From: Sporopachydermia quercuum
Lineage: Eukaryota
Direction of reading: 5' to 3'
DNA: 64,000 bases
Assembly (NCBI GenBank): GCA_001599295.1
Contig: BCGN01000004.1
Coordinates: 1,489,676-1,553,675 of the forward strand
The notes under the pieces were generated by a model. The model had not been told where the DNA came from, ran no database searches, and was given only the letters and a program-made list of their open reading frames with translations. Shown piece by piece: positions 23,901 through 35,023 of the stretch (its first letter is position 1; each line of letters opens with the position of its first letter). A program made the position numbers and the translations under genes.

Positions 23901-24880
23901 CTTGTATGAGTTGAAGGATCATGTGTTGGTGTTGTGGATGAATCTTGGTTAGACTGGTGGTCTTTTTGCGATCGCTTTGAAGTTTTCACATCAGCAGGAC
24001 GTAATTTGAATGCAGTGAACATCAATCTGGCAAATGATAAACCTGAAGAGGACCCCAGATAAGTTGATGGAGCAGAACTGCTAGCTTTCAGAGCCCCTTG
24101 CTCAACATTTGATATCAAAGATTCATGAGTCAACGATAGTTCGTTCTTGAGACCACCAGAGGGTCTGTTTGTTTTATTGGGAGTCAATTCAGATGCTCTA
24201 TTAACCGAAGATACATTAGAAGTATTAGTGGTATTACTAGTACTAATTGTACTACTTGCAGAAATAGTAGCAGCAGATCCCGTTGTACTCCTTGAGCCTT
24301 GTTGCATTTCTGGCTTATTATTAAGAACTTTGATGAGATTTCCTGATACAACTAAGTTATCCATAACTTGATTCAATTGTCTGTTTTCGTTTGATGTAAT
24401 GGCATTCTTTATAGTTCCTACGCCTAGTACAGTACCTCTCTCACCTTCCTTCTGCAAACTTTCAAGTTGAGAATGTGATTGGGTTCCAAGCAGCGGCATT
24501 GGAGGTTTCCATTGCTCACTAGCAGATGAAGGAATAACGTAGTTTAGATCATAATCAATAATGCCTCTTGCTTGAAGCTGTAGTTCTAGAAATGCTACTC
24601 TGTCTTCTAAATGTGAAACATAACTTCGGGGCACTTCTCGTCCTGTAGCCGGGTCCAATCCTATACAATCCACACCGGCTTTTTCGCAGTTTGAGCATGC
24701 GGGAAACTTTTGGTCGCATTTGGTTTTCTTGACTCTACATCGTTGACAAGCTGCCACTGATCTGGATACTCCAAGCAGAGTGGATGTAGGTTTATTGGAA
24801 TTTTGTAAAACAGGAGGTAAATTTGGGTTCTGCTGTGAATCAGCATTGGATGGGGGAACAGTTTTCTTCCGACGACCCAT
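20966..24880 (-). CDS. PPR1: Zn2Cys6 transcription factor, Ppr1/UaY family
   Basis: ACQRCRVKKTKCDQKFPAC..C..C.GLDPATGREVPRSYV..LEDR, plus a fungal TF middle region (RRRLFWCTYSLDRQI..GRPFGI). Confidence 0.9.
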   Translation of the reverse strand: MGRRKKTVPPSNADSQQNPNLPPVLQNSNKPTSTLLGVSRSVAACQRCRVKKTKCDQKFPACSNCEKAGVDCIGLDPATGREVPRSYVSHLEDRVAFLELQLQARGIIDYDLNYVIPSSASEQWKPPMPLLGTQSHSQLESLQKEGERGTVLGVGTIKNAITSNENRQLNQVMDNLVVSGNLIKVLNNKPEMQQGSRSTTGSAATISASSTISTSNTTNTSNVSSVNRASELTPNKTNRPSGGLKNELSLTHESLISNVEQGALKASSSAPSTYLGSSSGLSFARLMFTAFKLRPADVKTSKRSQKDHQSNQDSSTTPTHDPSTHTRTTTPPAPLPTKSEAEKFLNVFFSQANPQLPVLHREQFIERYFYPVYGELSPGVSLASDYTSMNLAPCPFREEDTYYHKYKKQQSDTASKSHSNRHSHSHSRSHSHSHSHSHSYSHPESKSKPLFPHSPLPGNDIMPCLYFLNIVFAIATSVHHQKFNRIISESYRMAAAAYMESVYNSSNRLEALQGILLLALYSIMRPAVPGVWYVLGSALRLCIDLGLHTESGMRTWSKKATSSSATGNQANSNXSSTSKNLIPSEYGPFDLDMRRRLFWCTYSLDRQICVYLGRPFGIPEESVKVPFPSELDDALITQNPNGKVTDYSLQSSTMPSYKNVSLSFFKIRLLQAEIQRILYDCAELPRKFANLNDWRSNMNRRLEEWKKSAPKTLRKMNCNFNLVFFDLNYHQTRLSLFGLCPLNPTPSLESYLIIADAGERVIKDYYQLHKQRSINYTWVAVHNLFMAGTSYLYALYHSHEVRMKYTMEEIDYSTIACIHVLTGMIDRCDAAASSRDAFELLTAAILKLCFNEKSGGRNLLSDENEDKADDANSDTELKLEDDSIPSANQIAATQPAKHLPPHLENLVDSLPKRRKLSRNSKDSDNIKSKDDSSVGIASRSDHTDATAGTISANIQSNPIVKSEQSNEMDVTEMTLRDQVSPGFIDNEVPMSVPLYNKDSWESTAESNLESVSNSQSISTPVYNKISWTDDLDQFFREAALVEGISPDNEAAGPFEQQISPSNRSQLISGAPSANIRNTSTSSTYSDLSTGSAFSPIFRPLSNSNASVLSPLPNLNTRSIGTHQPSVRSSSSSSGYHSLSSGGSNGNNSNPSHNHSSGNRPDNQHQVINETGFSYGIGNERPDAMGANMVMEQEPMHTPYVDDGQRVYDMIFQVPLANIWDEFFGQFPGSNHNVSESTNEVPNTMSSESSRSQNSAPSASRSDRNLQTEANNENLPFGQERFQNEAYFMSYPHSGPYSDHNSNYK
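23553..23632 (-). repeat. Coding hexamer repeat giving a (His-Ser)n tract in Ppr1
   Basis: (GTGAAT)n on the + strand; protein reads SHSNRHSHSHSRSHSHSHSHSHSYSH. Confidence 0.9.
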
Positions 24881-25552
24881 TTTAAATGAATATATGATTC
24901 AAAAAGCTTTCAGATGTGTTCCTGCTGTGGTATACATAATTCAAGGCTTTGATATCAGAAAAGTTGTCGCAATGTATCCCTAGTTGATGTTCATAAGAAT
25001 GCTGCTGCTTTGCGTAATATTCGTGGTGTAGAATGGCCAGCTTGGTATTTCATAATATTTAATGATCGTTATCCGCAGCTCCTTCTGATTGTGTCAAACT
25101 AGCCGTATTCAGAGTAGTTTACTATTTTGATTTTGGTTTTTTCAAATCATAATAATTTTCAAAGGATTAGAACTGGATGAAATTTTATGTCAGAACTCAA
25201 ACAATTCACAGTTCTCTTATTATTCATCTATTAACAGCAGAATACATAATATCAAAAAATAGTTTCGTTACTCATCGATGAGTTTTCAGCACTTCGAGTT
25301 CATCAGACAAATGCATCGACCGAATATATCACAACATGCAACAACTATCGTATCATAATAATCTGGTGGAAGCTAATCAATCATCAAGTGCTCAATAAGA
25401 ATCAGAAAAGAAGGACGATTTAGTGAGCAGCAAATAAAGTTTTGATTAGATAGAACTACCCTTCCAAAAAGGGTTAAGTTTTAGTAGTATCAGAAAGATT
25501 GGAAACTTTTACTGTGTACATGTAGTCTACGGAAGAATTACTATGCATGAAT

Positions 25553-25608
25553 TGCACATTATTAGTGCGCATTTCAACTCCGACTGAAATACGCACTAGT
25601 AATTTGCA
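25553..25608. repeat. 24-bp imperfect inverted repeat with an 8-nt loop
   Basis: TGCACATTATTAGTGCGCATTTCA / TGAAATACGCACTAGTAATTTGCA; 21 of 24 positions are Watson-Crick complementary. Confidence 0.85.
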
Positions 25609-26423
25609 CTAAACAGATGCGAACGAAAAAGATAACGTATGTTATAAGCTGAAAAAAAACTATTTTTGAGTTTTTTTCTATCAAATTGGCTAACTGCCAG
25701 CACATATCCATCGGAAAAAGCTAACTTTTAACTTGTTTGTGCCTATCTTCAAACCATTCTATGGATTCAACCTAATCTCATCTTTATCTCGAGAACCCGA
25801 TAATCTTTCATCCTATTTGGGCATCAGTTTGAACTTTATTTCGATTGCGACTAAGCCGATTTTCGGGTTCGGTTTTTCGATGCCGCAGAGACCTGTTACA
25901 AGACACTGCTCATTATTTCTCTTTTTGGCATCAGTGTGTACTTCGTATCTCAGCTCAGTTAATTAATTGGGAGGGATGATCTTCTATTCCATCATGTTTA
26001 TAAAGACAATGACATATAACAACTTTCCTTTACCGATGTAGTTGAATGATGACGGAGAATAATTGAGAGAGAGAGACAGATCTTTTGTACAGAGTAGAAG
26101 AATATCGTTCCCTTTTGTTCTTCTTGTTGGCTTGATATCCGGTAGAATATTTTATTGCAGAGTTAAACGGGCCATTGAAGGAAGATATTGTAGTATATTA
26201 TGCGCTATAATATATAACTATAGTGATAGTGAGAAGATAACTGCATAATATACCAGAAGTGAATTGTGAAAGCAAGTTGAAGATTCATGCAGCAAAGTTA
26301 AGGACGATAAGTTCAAACGTAACAAACAGAAGGTAATCTAAGGGGTCAACTAATATCCCTCTGATTAAGTATCATTATCAGCATATAATACATATAATAA
26401 AGACCACCAGAACCAGGATCAGG

Positions 26424-27239
26424 ATGAATCCAGAGCTGACGACATGNTTTTCTGTCAATAAATCTGAGGATGAACCTATAATGCGGGTGAAGCACCAAGC
26501 TCCCATGATATATCCGGGCACAAAAGTGGAAACTAAGGCGATAAATAATACACCTATTCTGAGGTTTAAATCTGGAACGTTGAAGGAGAAAAAGGATAAT
26601 CCAGTAATGCATGTTGATCACCAAGAACCAAGAATATATGATCCTGCGACAGCAAAGAATAGGTTCACAAATCAGCGATCAAAGGAATTTCAGCACNACA
26701 GTCACGCCAGCAGCTCGCAGGATGTCGTGATTGATTACAGCTCCATCAATAGGAAGAAAGTTGCATCATCGCCGTTGTTCAAACCATCAGAAATGAAGTT
26801 TGATCTTACTGTACAGCAAGTATCCAGCGAAACAACCAGCATCAAAAAACCAAAGAAAATGAAGGTTAAAAAGAATATTATTTTCTTGAATTACAACAAT
26901 GACACTGAATCTTTCCAATCAGATACAATAAACTTTATGTTAGCAGAAGACAAAGAAGAAACAACTAATTATNCTTCACCAATAATGGACTATCAGAACC
27001 ATAATATGTCTCCTTCAGATTTAAATCTTNATATGCAAATAGATCCAATATCGGGAAAAGAGCTATCACCGATAGGATTATTGTCTCACGGTGATGAAGC
27101 AGAATTGTTCGAAGCAAATGAAAAAGATCTACCGGTAGAGAACTCACAGTTCCACTCATTTGATACAAATGATATTCAAATAGTCCCTGATAATAAAATG
27201 GGTTTTACTGTCAGCCGATTTTCATTGAAGAAGAAATAA
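26424..27239 (+). CDS. Hypothetical orphan protein (271 aa, hydrophilic)
   Basis: 816-nt ORF in AT-rich DNA with no recognisable domain; contains 4 ambiguous bases. Confidence 0.55.
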   Translation: MNPELTTXFSVNKSEDEPIMRVKHQAPMIYPGTKVETKAINNTPILRFKSGTLKEKKDNPVMHVDHQEPRIYDPATAKNRFTNQRSKEFQHXSHASSSQDVVIDYSSINRKKVASSPLFKPSEMKFDLTVQQVSSETTSIKKPKKMKVKKNIIFLNYNNDTESFQSDTINFMLAEDKEETTNYXSPIMDYQNHNMSPSDLNLXMQIDPISGKELSPIGLLSHGDEAELFEANEKDLPVENSQFHSFDTNDIQIVPDNKMGFTVSRFSLKKK

Positions 27240-28054
27240 TCATTTTTGACAGCAAATCTACCAAATATACGCATCATTATTCAATCAAGAAGGAAGTTTT
27301 CAAGACATCAACGAATCACTCGTTCACTTAATCGGATTTCTTCCTGCACAATTTGTTACTTTAATTCACAATTAATGCTACTCTATATTAAAGATCCATA
27401 TATCAGACATTCTAGTAACAACATTACTATTATACAATCAACGAGATGTTTTTATCTCACTTATCTATTTCATCTTTCTACAATTATTTGGCTTCAAGCA
27501 TGTATCAATGGCGGGGTTTAAGTATACGAATTTCTTCTATATCCATATTATTTATGTATCTGTATAGTAATTTAATGACTATCTATATTATTTTCAGCAA
27601 CCGCTCTACTTAACTTATTTCTTCTCACTGCTTCCAGTTTGTGATTGGTGCCTTTGGGCAAAACTAACTTTATGTATGTCCTAGGAATGTCCTTTTAACG
27701 GGAAGATCCTCCCAATCATCGTCATCCTTCTTCAAATATCAACAACTTCTCAATTCTGGCCTAACAACCTCATAAACAGCTTCTCGCCTTTGAAACTAAT
27801 TCTCTTGTATTACCGCGGTATTATGTTACCGGATCTTTATATTATAGCCAAATATATTTGGATTGACTATATAAGAGAGCATCCACATTAGTAGTCCCTA
27901 TTTGTTCTTAATATTCTCAGACCTTTCTAAGAGTCCAATTTTCACCTGTCAGATCCTATCACTCTACGTCTCCACTCTTGTTCAGATTGAGACAATATCA
28001 AAAATCAATTAATTATTACATCATCATTATTTGTACCCGAGCACGTTCTTTTCA

Positions 28055-28133
28055 ATGACTCATAAAACTACTGAGAGATGTGCTAAAACTGGGAAAAATA
28101 TTTTTACAGTGTGAAAATTTTCGGTGAAAAATT
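28055..28133 (+). promoter_or_regulatory. Gcn4 site and two RRPE-like motifs upstream of ARO4
   Basis: Perfect ATGACTCAT at 28055-28063; TGAAAATTTT at 28112-28121; TGAAAAATT at 28125-28133. Confidence 0.7.
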
Positions 28134-28302
28134 ACCTATGGCTTCGGATATGAAGAGGAAACCTACTAGATGGATAAATCGGTCGCATTATAATTGATTT
28201 AAATTATATGCTCATTTATTCGTGAATAAATATATAAATATACTGAAGGAACAAAACTATCCATCTAAGGGCCAACTGTCAGAGTGAGCTACATATGATA
28301 TG

Positions 28303-28520
28303 GTATGTATATTTATTATAAGACTGAGAAGTTGAAGAAGGAAGAAGTTCGATAAAATTGATGGATTGAGAAGAGCATTGGAAATTAGGTTTCTCCAATT
28401 TGCTGAGAATAGGATTAGGCTTATACTCCAAGAAGGGATTTCTATATCACTTCTTCTTTGTTGTCGGTTACGGTGAATTGGATAACCGGAAATGAAGTAT
28501 GCTAACAAGACGATTACCAG
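28303..28520 (+). other. Candidate 5'-leader intron upstream of ARO4
   Basis: GTATGT at 28303, TGCTAAC at 28500-28506, CAG at 28518-28520; lies downstream of TATATAAA at 28231. Confidence 0.55.
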
Positions 28521-28613
28521 GTAGAGGAGAATAATAAAACTGTCTTTTAGTTAGGAAGTAATAGAAACAAAAAGAAGTTTTACGGATTGCTTTCTTGTGA
28601 GTGAAGACACTAA

Positions 28614-29759
<1,146 letters not shown>

Positions 29760-30289
29760 TGAAACCCTATCAAGTTATAGAATCCTTATCATTTAGTTGT
29801 TGGTTTAAATATATAAACAGAAATGTCCTTTTATCATATTTCTACTACCATCTTTTTTAATGATTAACGATCATGTCTTCTTCTTCGTCCTTCCAATTGT
29901 CAATACTGAATGCATGCGCACAACCTAACCCTTGGTTAGATACACCTTAACCACTTTAAACTCCCTTTGTTCTGCTTATGCTTCTTATTTGATGATTTGT
30001 ATATAGTTCTTTAACGAATATAATGCAGTATTCATTGTTTGTCTGATAAATCAAGTTTTGAACCATGCGAACCACTATATATCTTTGGAACCACTGAGTT
30101 TAGTTCAAAAGTAAAATGGGTTTCTCTAGTTAGCTCTATGACTGACTATGTCTTGAATTATATTTCTAAAGTTACACTATTATCGTGTAATATGAAAACT
30201 TATCATCGTATTTAGTTTGATCATTTCTTTCCTTCCTTTTTCAGTTGTCATTTGTGTGTGTTGTTGGAGAAGACCTTAGGACAATGATA

Positions 30290-30319
30290 CCTGTATTAGA
30301 TCATGTGATCTAATACAGG
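30290..30319. repeat. Perfect 14-bp inverted repeat centred on TCATGTGA
   Basis: CCTGTATTAGATCA-TG-TGATCTAATACAGG. Confidence 0.95.
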
Positions 30320-30516
30320 ACTCACCTTAAATCTCCTCCCGAATTTCCTTTCCTCAGTCCCATCTAAATGAATGGTTCGAGAAGCCCAATAAACCCATTT
30401 AAATTCAAGCTTCCAAAATACTTCCTGTTTATGAATATCACTATACAAGTTTATGTTCTAAATATTGCCTCACAATGTTCTCTTTTCTATCCTATTTCAC
30501 TTTCATTTACCAGATT

Positions 30517-30658
30517 ATGACTCAATCAATGTAGCGTAGGCCCGAAAAATATACATCGAATAGTCCTATGATAATTCACAGTCTTATGAACAACCCCCTA
30601 AAATCATCGTACGCTCTTGATTCTTTTGTAAAATTTTCTGAGATCATGAAATGACTCT
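30517..30658 (+). promoter_or_regulatory. Two Gcn4/Bas1-type TGACTC sites upstream of HIS7
   Basis: ATGACTCAA at 30517-30525 and ATGACTCT at 30651-30658. Confidence 0.7.
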
Positions 30659-30771
30659 TCACATGAGTGAGTATTGAATGTATAATAATCCATACAAAAC
30701 TAGTATTTTGTATACCTAATACTCACCAGTCATCTATCGAGTTCCGACTGTGAAACTATTAGGCTGTCAGA

Positions 30772-32548
30772 ATGCCTGTCGTACACGTTATTGATGTCGA
30801 GAGCGGCAATCTCCAATCACTTCAAAATGCAATTGAAGTGTTTGACTTCGAAGTGAAATATGTGAAATCAGCTGAAGATAACTTTGAAGAAATAGAAGTA
30901 TGTTGAGAACTGATTTTTACTTCATTTAACTATTCCTGCCATAGAAATACCATATATCATATTGAACAGGATTACTAACTTGTGCTAGCGTTTGTTCCTT
31001 CCTGGCGTTGGTAACTTTGGACATTTTGTTGACGAGCTGAATGCTAGAAATCTAATTGAACCTATTCGTAAATATATTGAATCAGGCAGACCCTTAATGG
31101 GAATTTGCGTTGGTATTCAAACACTTTTTAAAACATCAGAAGAAAGCCCCAATTCTACTGGTCTGAGTTTCATCAATAGAACTTTGAAGAAGTTCAACAC
31201 TGCATCCAAATCTGTTCCCCAGATTGGCTGGAATACTGTTAAGAATCCTAAAGGACTGTCAATTCCCGATGGATCNGGTCTTTATGGCCTTAATGATAAC
31301 TCCAGATACTATTTTGTTAACTCATATGCTGGTATACTAACACCAGAAGAAGTTGCATTTATTGATGCAAATAATGGTGCAGATGCTGATGGGTGGTATC
31401 ATGCTATTGCTAAATATGGCGATGAAAGCTTCATTGGTGCTACTGTCAAGGATAATGTTTTTGCTACTCAATTCCACCCAGAGAAAAGTGGTGAAGCTGG
31501 TCTGAAAATTATTGAATGTTTTCTCAAAGGTGAGAGATTTGCTCATCTTTCTNCTACATCAGGAGCTTNAAAAGCTGCCTCTATTGAATCCACACCTACT
31601 GGTTTAACTAGAAGAATTATTGCTTGTCTAGATGTTCGTACTAACGATAATGGTGATTTGGTTGTTACTAAAGGTGATCAATACGATGTGCGAGAGAAGA
31701 CATCATCGGCTGTCAGGAATCTAGGTAAACCAGTTGAAATGGCAAAACGTTACTATGACCAAGGCGCTGATGAAGTAACTTTCTTGAATATCACGTCCTT
31801 CAGAAATTCACCATTTAAGGATACTCCAATGCTAGAAATTCTCCGTCAGACTAGTAAGAGTGTTTTTGTTCCTTTGACTATTGGCGGAGGTATAAGAGAT
31901 ATCACTGACCCTGATGGAACTGTGATTCCAGCTTTAGAAGTCGCAAATCTGTATTTCAGATCAGGTGCTGATAAAGTAAGCATTGGTTCTGATGCAGTGT
32001 TCGCTGCTGAGAAATTCTATGCTAATGGTGGTGTGGGAGATGGGACATCTCCAATGGAAACTATTTCCAANCCGTATGGTGTTCAAGCTGTAGTGGTTTC
32101 AGTTGATCCTAAACGTGTTTATGTCTCATCTCCTAGTGATGTTAAGTATAAGACTCTATCTACTAAATTTCCTGGCCCTAATAGTGAAAACTACTGCTGG
32201 TATCAATGTACAGTTAAAGGAGGACGTGAAACCCGTGATTTGGGAGTATGGGAATTGGTGAAAGCGGTGGAGCAGCTTGGAGCTGGTGAAATTCTTCTAA
32301 ATTGTATTGATAAAGATGGTACTAACTCTGGATTTGATTTGGAACTGATTAACCATGTAAAGGAAGCGGTAAGGATACCGGTTATTGCTTCTAGCGGTGC
32401 AGGTGTTCCGGAGCACTTCAAAGAAGTATTTGAGAAAACCAATACGGATGCTGCATTAGGGGCAGGTATGTTTCATAGAGGAGAATACAAGGTAAGCGAA
32501 GTGAAAGATTATTTGGCTGATAACGGGCTTTTGGTTAGGTTAGATTGA
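30772..32548 (+). CDS. HIS7: Imidazole glycerol phosphate synthase (HisHF fusion); exons 30772-30897 and 30989-32548
   Basis: Exon 1 [17 protein letters not shown]; intron [53 protein letters not shown]. Confidence 0.97.
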
Positions 32549-32879
32549 ATAGAAATTGCTTTTCTTACTCATAGACAAAGCAGTTAAAGCTGAATATAGA
32601 TAAAGTATAGATGTATAACTCACTTTTGTTAATATACAAATAATAAAATAATGATGATAGGTTAACAAAAATATGCTTTTTTCTTAGTATGTCTCAAGTG
32701 CAATATCCGTCTAGTAATAGATATATAACAGGAAAACTATGCATGTATTTTATACAGTATTTACAATAGTTCAATCAAGTCAACTTCGTTGGTTTTCGGG
32801 TATTATGTTATAAGATAGTACAATTCCGATAGAAGATATTCATTTTCACAATAGAGGTTCATCAGTCCTCCATTTTAGA

Positions 32880-34484
32880 TCAATCATCTGTTCCATTCGA
32901 ATCAGCCTTGGTTGCCTCTGATAGAACAGGCTTCACTGCAGGTGCCACTAATGGTTGAAATCTTTCCTCGTCATCTTTCTTTGGAATAGCTCCAAATAAG
33001 GTAAATGATGTACCACAACTGACCTTGACGATCTTATTATCTTTGAAATTCACTTTTGTTGGTTCTTCAACACATTCTTCATCATCCCCAGTACCACATT
33101 GACCAGAAATGTTACTTCCCCATACCCAAACAGAGTTGTCTTCCCCTACAGCAACGCAGAACGAGCCCCCAGAAGCAATTTGCTTGAACTTGGGTAAATC
33201 ATCTCCGGTGACTTTCACAGGAGTGTAAGTCATAACTGATTTGCCAGAGTCAGATTCAATCTTGTTCACTAATTCCNCATTGTCAACTCCTAATTGATAA
33301 TCGTCATTGAGACCAAACGTGTATATTGAACCATCTCTTGAAAGAGCAATAGAATGTTTGCCTCCACCAGTGACATCAATGATATCTTTGTCATCAAAGA
33401 ATTCAATATAAGTAGGCTCCCATATATTGTTCAAGTTGTTTCCTTCTTCTATTTCTTCCAGTGTTCGTTTTTTATCTTCGTTATTCTCTTTTTTTTCTCC
33501 ATCACCTTCTTTTTCGTCATCATCAGTTTCTTGTTCTTTGACTGGGTGACCACATTGTCCATAGGAATTTGAACCCCATGATAAAACTCTTCCGTCTTTA
33601 TCAATAGCAAAAGCATGGTAGGCACCAGCACCGATTCGAACAATATTTTTAAGAATCTTCTTTTCACTAGGTAACAAATAGTTGTATTCTTCATCAGCTT
33701 TAGTAGGATGACCCAATTGACCAGAATAATTGAAACCCCAGGTGTAAACTCTGCCATCCGCAGTGAGCGCCATCATCGAATCACCTCCACCTGCCAATTG
33801 TACTACACGCTCTAAAGCTGGTAATAATTGAGGAGGATTGACAAGAATCTTATCTTTGATTAGGTCAAAGCCAGGATGTTTAGAAGTCAAAGAATGGGCC
33901 CTAAAGGTTCCCCAGCCATAAACATGATATTCGGAAGTGATAGCCGCAGAAAACAGTTCAGATGACGCTACTTGAACAAATTTTACATCTTCTGGCAATA
34001 AATCAATCAATTTAGGACAGGATTCTTGAGGATCTAAATCTGTATCAATATCAGGGTCAGAGACGATATTTCTTCCCAAGGAAAAATCATCATTTGATCC
34101 CCATGACCATATCTTTCCATCCTTATCTAAAGCAAGCCCGTGTTGATCACCGGCAAAGAAATCTACTATACCAACTGTCCAAGGTAATAAATACCTGTTC
34201 AATTTTGGTCTCAAAGCTTCTGTAGTGTCTGGACCTAAACCAAGCTCAGAACAACCACCAGATCCTACCGCGAACAATTTGATTTTCTCTTCAGGTAAAG
34301 TTGGAAAGTCGTTCATTCCTTTTCGAAGCCTTTTTAACGGAAAGAGCTTTTTGGCTCTTTTTGGTCTTGTTGCCACTTCACCACCATTAGGTTCTGCATC
34401 AAGCTTTCGCTTTCCAGTTCTCTTGACAGTTTCCTTTCTAGCTGCTGGAGCAGCTTTCTTAGCGGTGCTTTTTCGGACTGCCAT
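32880..34484 (-). CDS. RCC1-family beta-propeller, Srm1/Prp20/Pim1-like (divergent)
   Basis: Basic N-terminal tail, GSG..SELGLGP..RP.LN.YL, and repeated W/FG.N..GQ(L/C)G and G..H..A RCC1 blades. Confidence 0.85.
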   Translation of the reverse strand: MAVRKSTAKKAAPAARKETVKRTGKRKLDAEPNGGEVATRPKRAKKLFPLKRLRKGMNDFPTLPEEKIKLFAVGSGGCSELGLGPDTTEALRPKLNRYLLPWTVGIVDFFAGDQHGLALDKDGKIWSWGSNDDFSLGRNIVSDPDIDTDLDPQESCPKLIDLLPEDVKFVQVASSELFSAAITSEYHVYGWGTFRAHSLTSKHPGFDLIKDKILVNPPQLLPALERVVQLAGGGDSMMALTADGRVYTWGFNYSGQLGHPTKADEEYNYLLPSEKKILKNIVRIGAGAYHAFAIDKDGRVLSWGSNSYGQCGHPVKEQETDDDEKEGDGEKKENNEDKKRTLEEIEEGNNLNNIWEPTYIEFFDDKDIIDVTGGGKHSIALSRDGSIYTFGLNDDYQLGVDNXELVNKIESDSGKSVMTYTPVKVTGDDLPKFKQIASGGSFCVAVGEDNSVWVWGSNISGQCGTGDDEECVEEPTKVNFKDNKIVKVSCGTSFTLFGAIPKKDDEERFQPLVAPAVKPVLSEATKADSNGTDD

Positions 34485-34800
34485 TGCGCTCGGTGTAGAA
34501 ATAAATATAGCAGAATTCTATGCTAATTCTGTTAAACCCCCGTGAACACTAAATTAAATCAATAGATAATTGGATAACCGAACGATTCACTGTTTACTTC
34601 TAAGAAGNACGTAACTCTAGCAAATAGCCATTGGTATGTTTTGGTTTGTGTGATACTTTGTATGATCAGCCTTGGGATGAGACGTGATGTCTGAACTGGC
34701 TACTAGAACTTGGTTTATGGAATGATTGGGTGTCAATTTCGGAGTATAAAAGTATTACTACTAAAATAATGATAATTTCCTCTATTTATATGAAAATATT

Positions 34801-34860
34801 GATCATGTGATAACCGAACATCACGTCTCCTCCTACAATGATTAGATAGTAAATTTTTCA
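34801..34860. promoter_or_regulatory. E-box plus RRPE upstream of ENP1
   Basis: GATCATGTGAT at 34801-34811; AAATTTTTCA (reverse RRPE) at 34851-34860. Confidence 0.6.
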
Positions 34861-35023
34861 CACATACAAAAAAAATTTTGATAGTATGAATGAAATAATT
34901 CATTTACAAGCATCAGCTCATTTATAAAAAATCAGAGAAATTAAGTAATTGTACTTGGATGAACGTAGTGATTGTTGTTTGAAAGTACCAATTTTCTTTT
35001 TAAGCACTGCGTAATCTAGAAAN

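Noticed and set aside
25789..25885. CpG-rich inverted match GAACCCGA/TCGGGTTC as an RNA stem or Ppr1 autoregulatory site
   Set aside because: Only 8 bp, and it does not fit the CGG-N6-CCG spacing.
30372..30384. tRNA B-box-like GGTTCGA
   Set aside because: No cloverleaf or A box around it.
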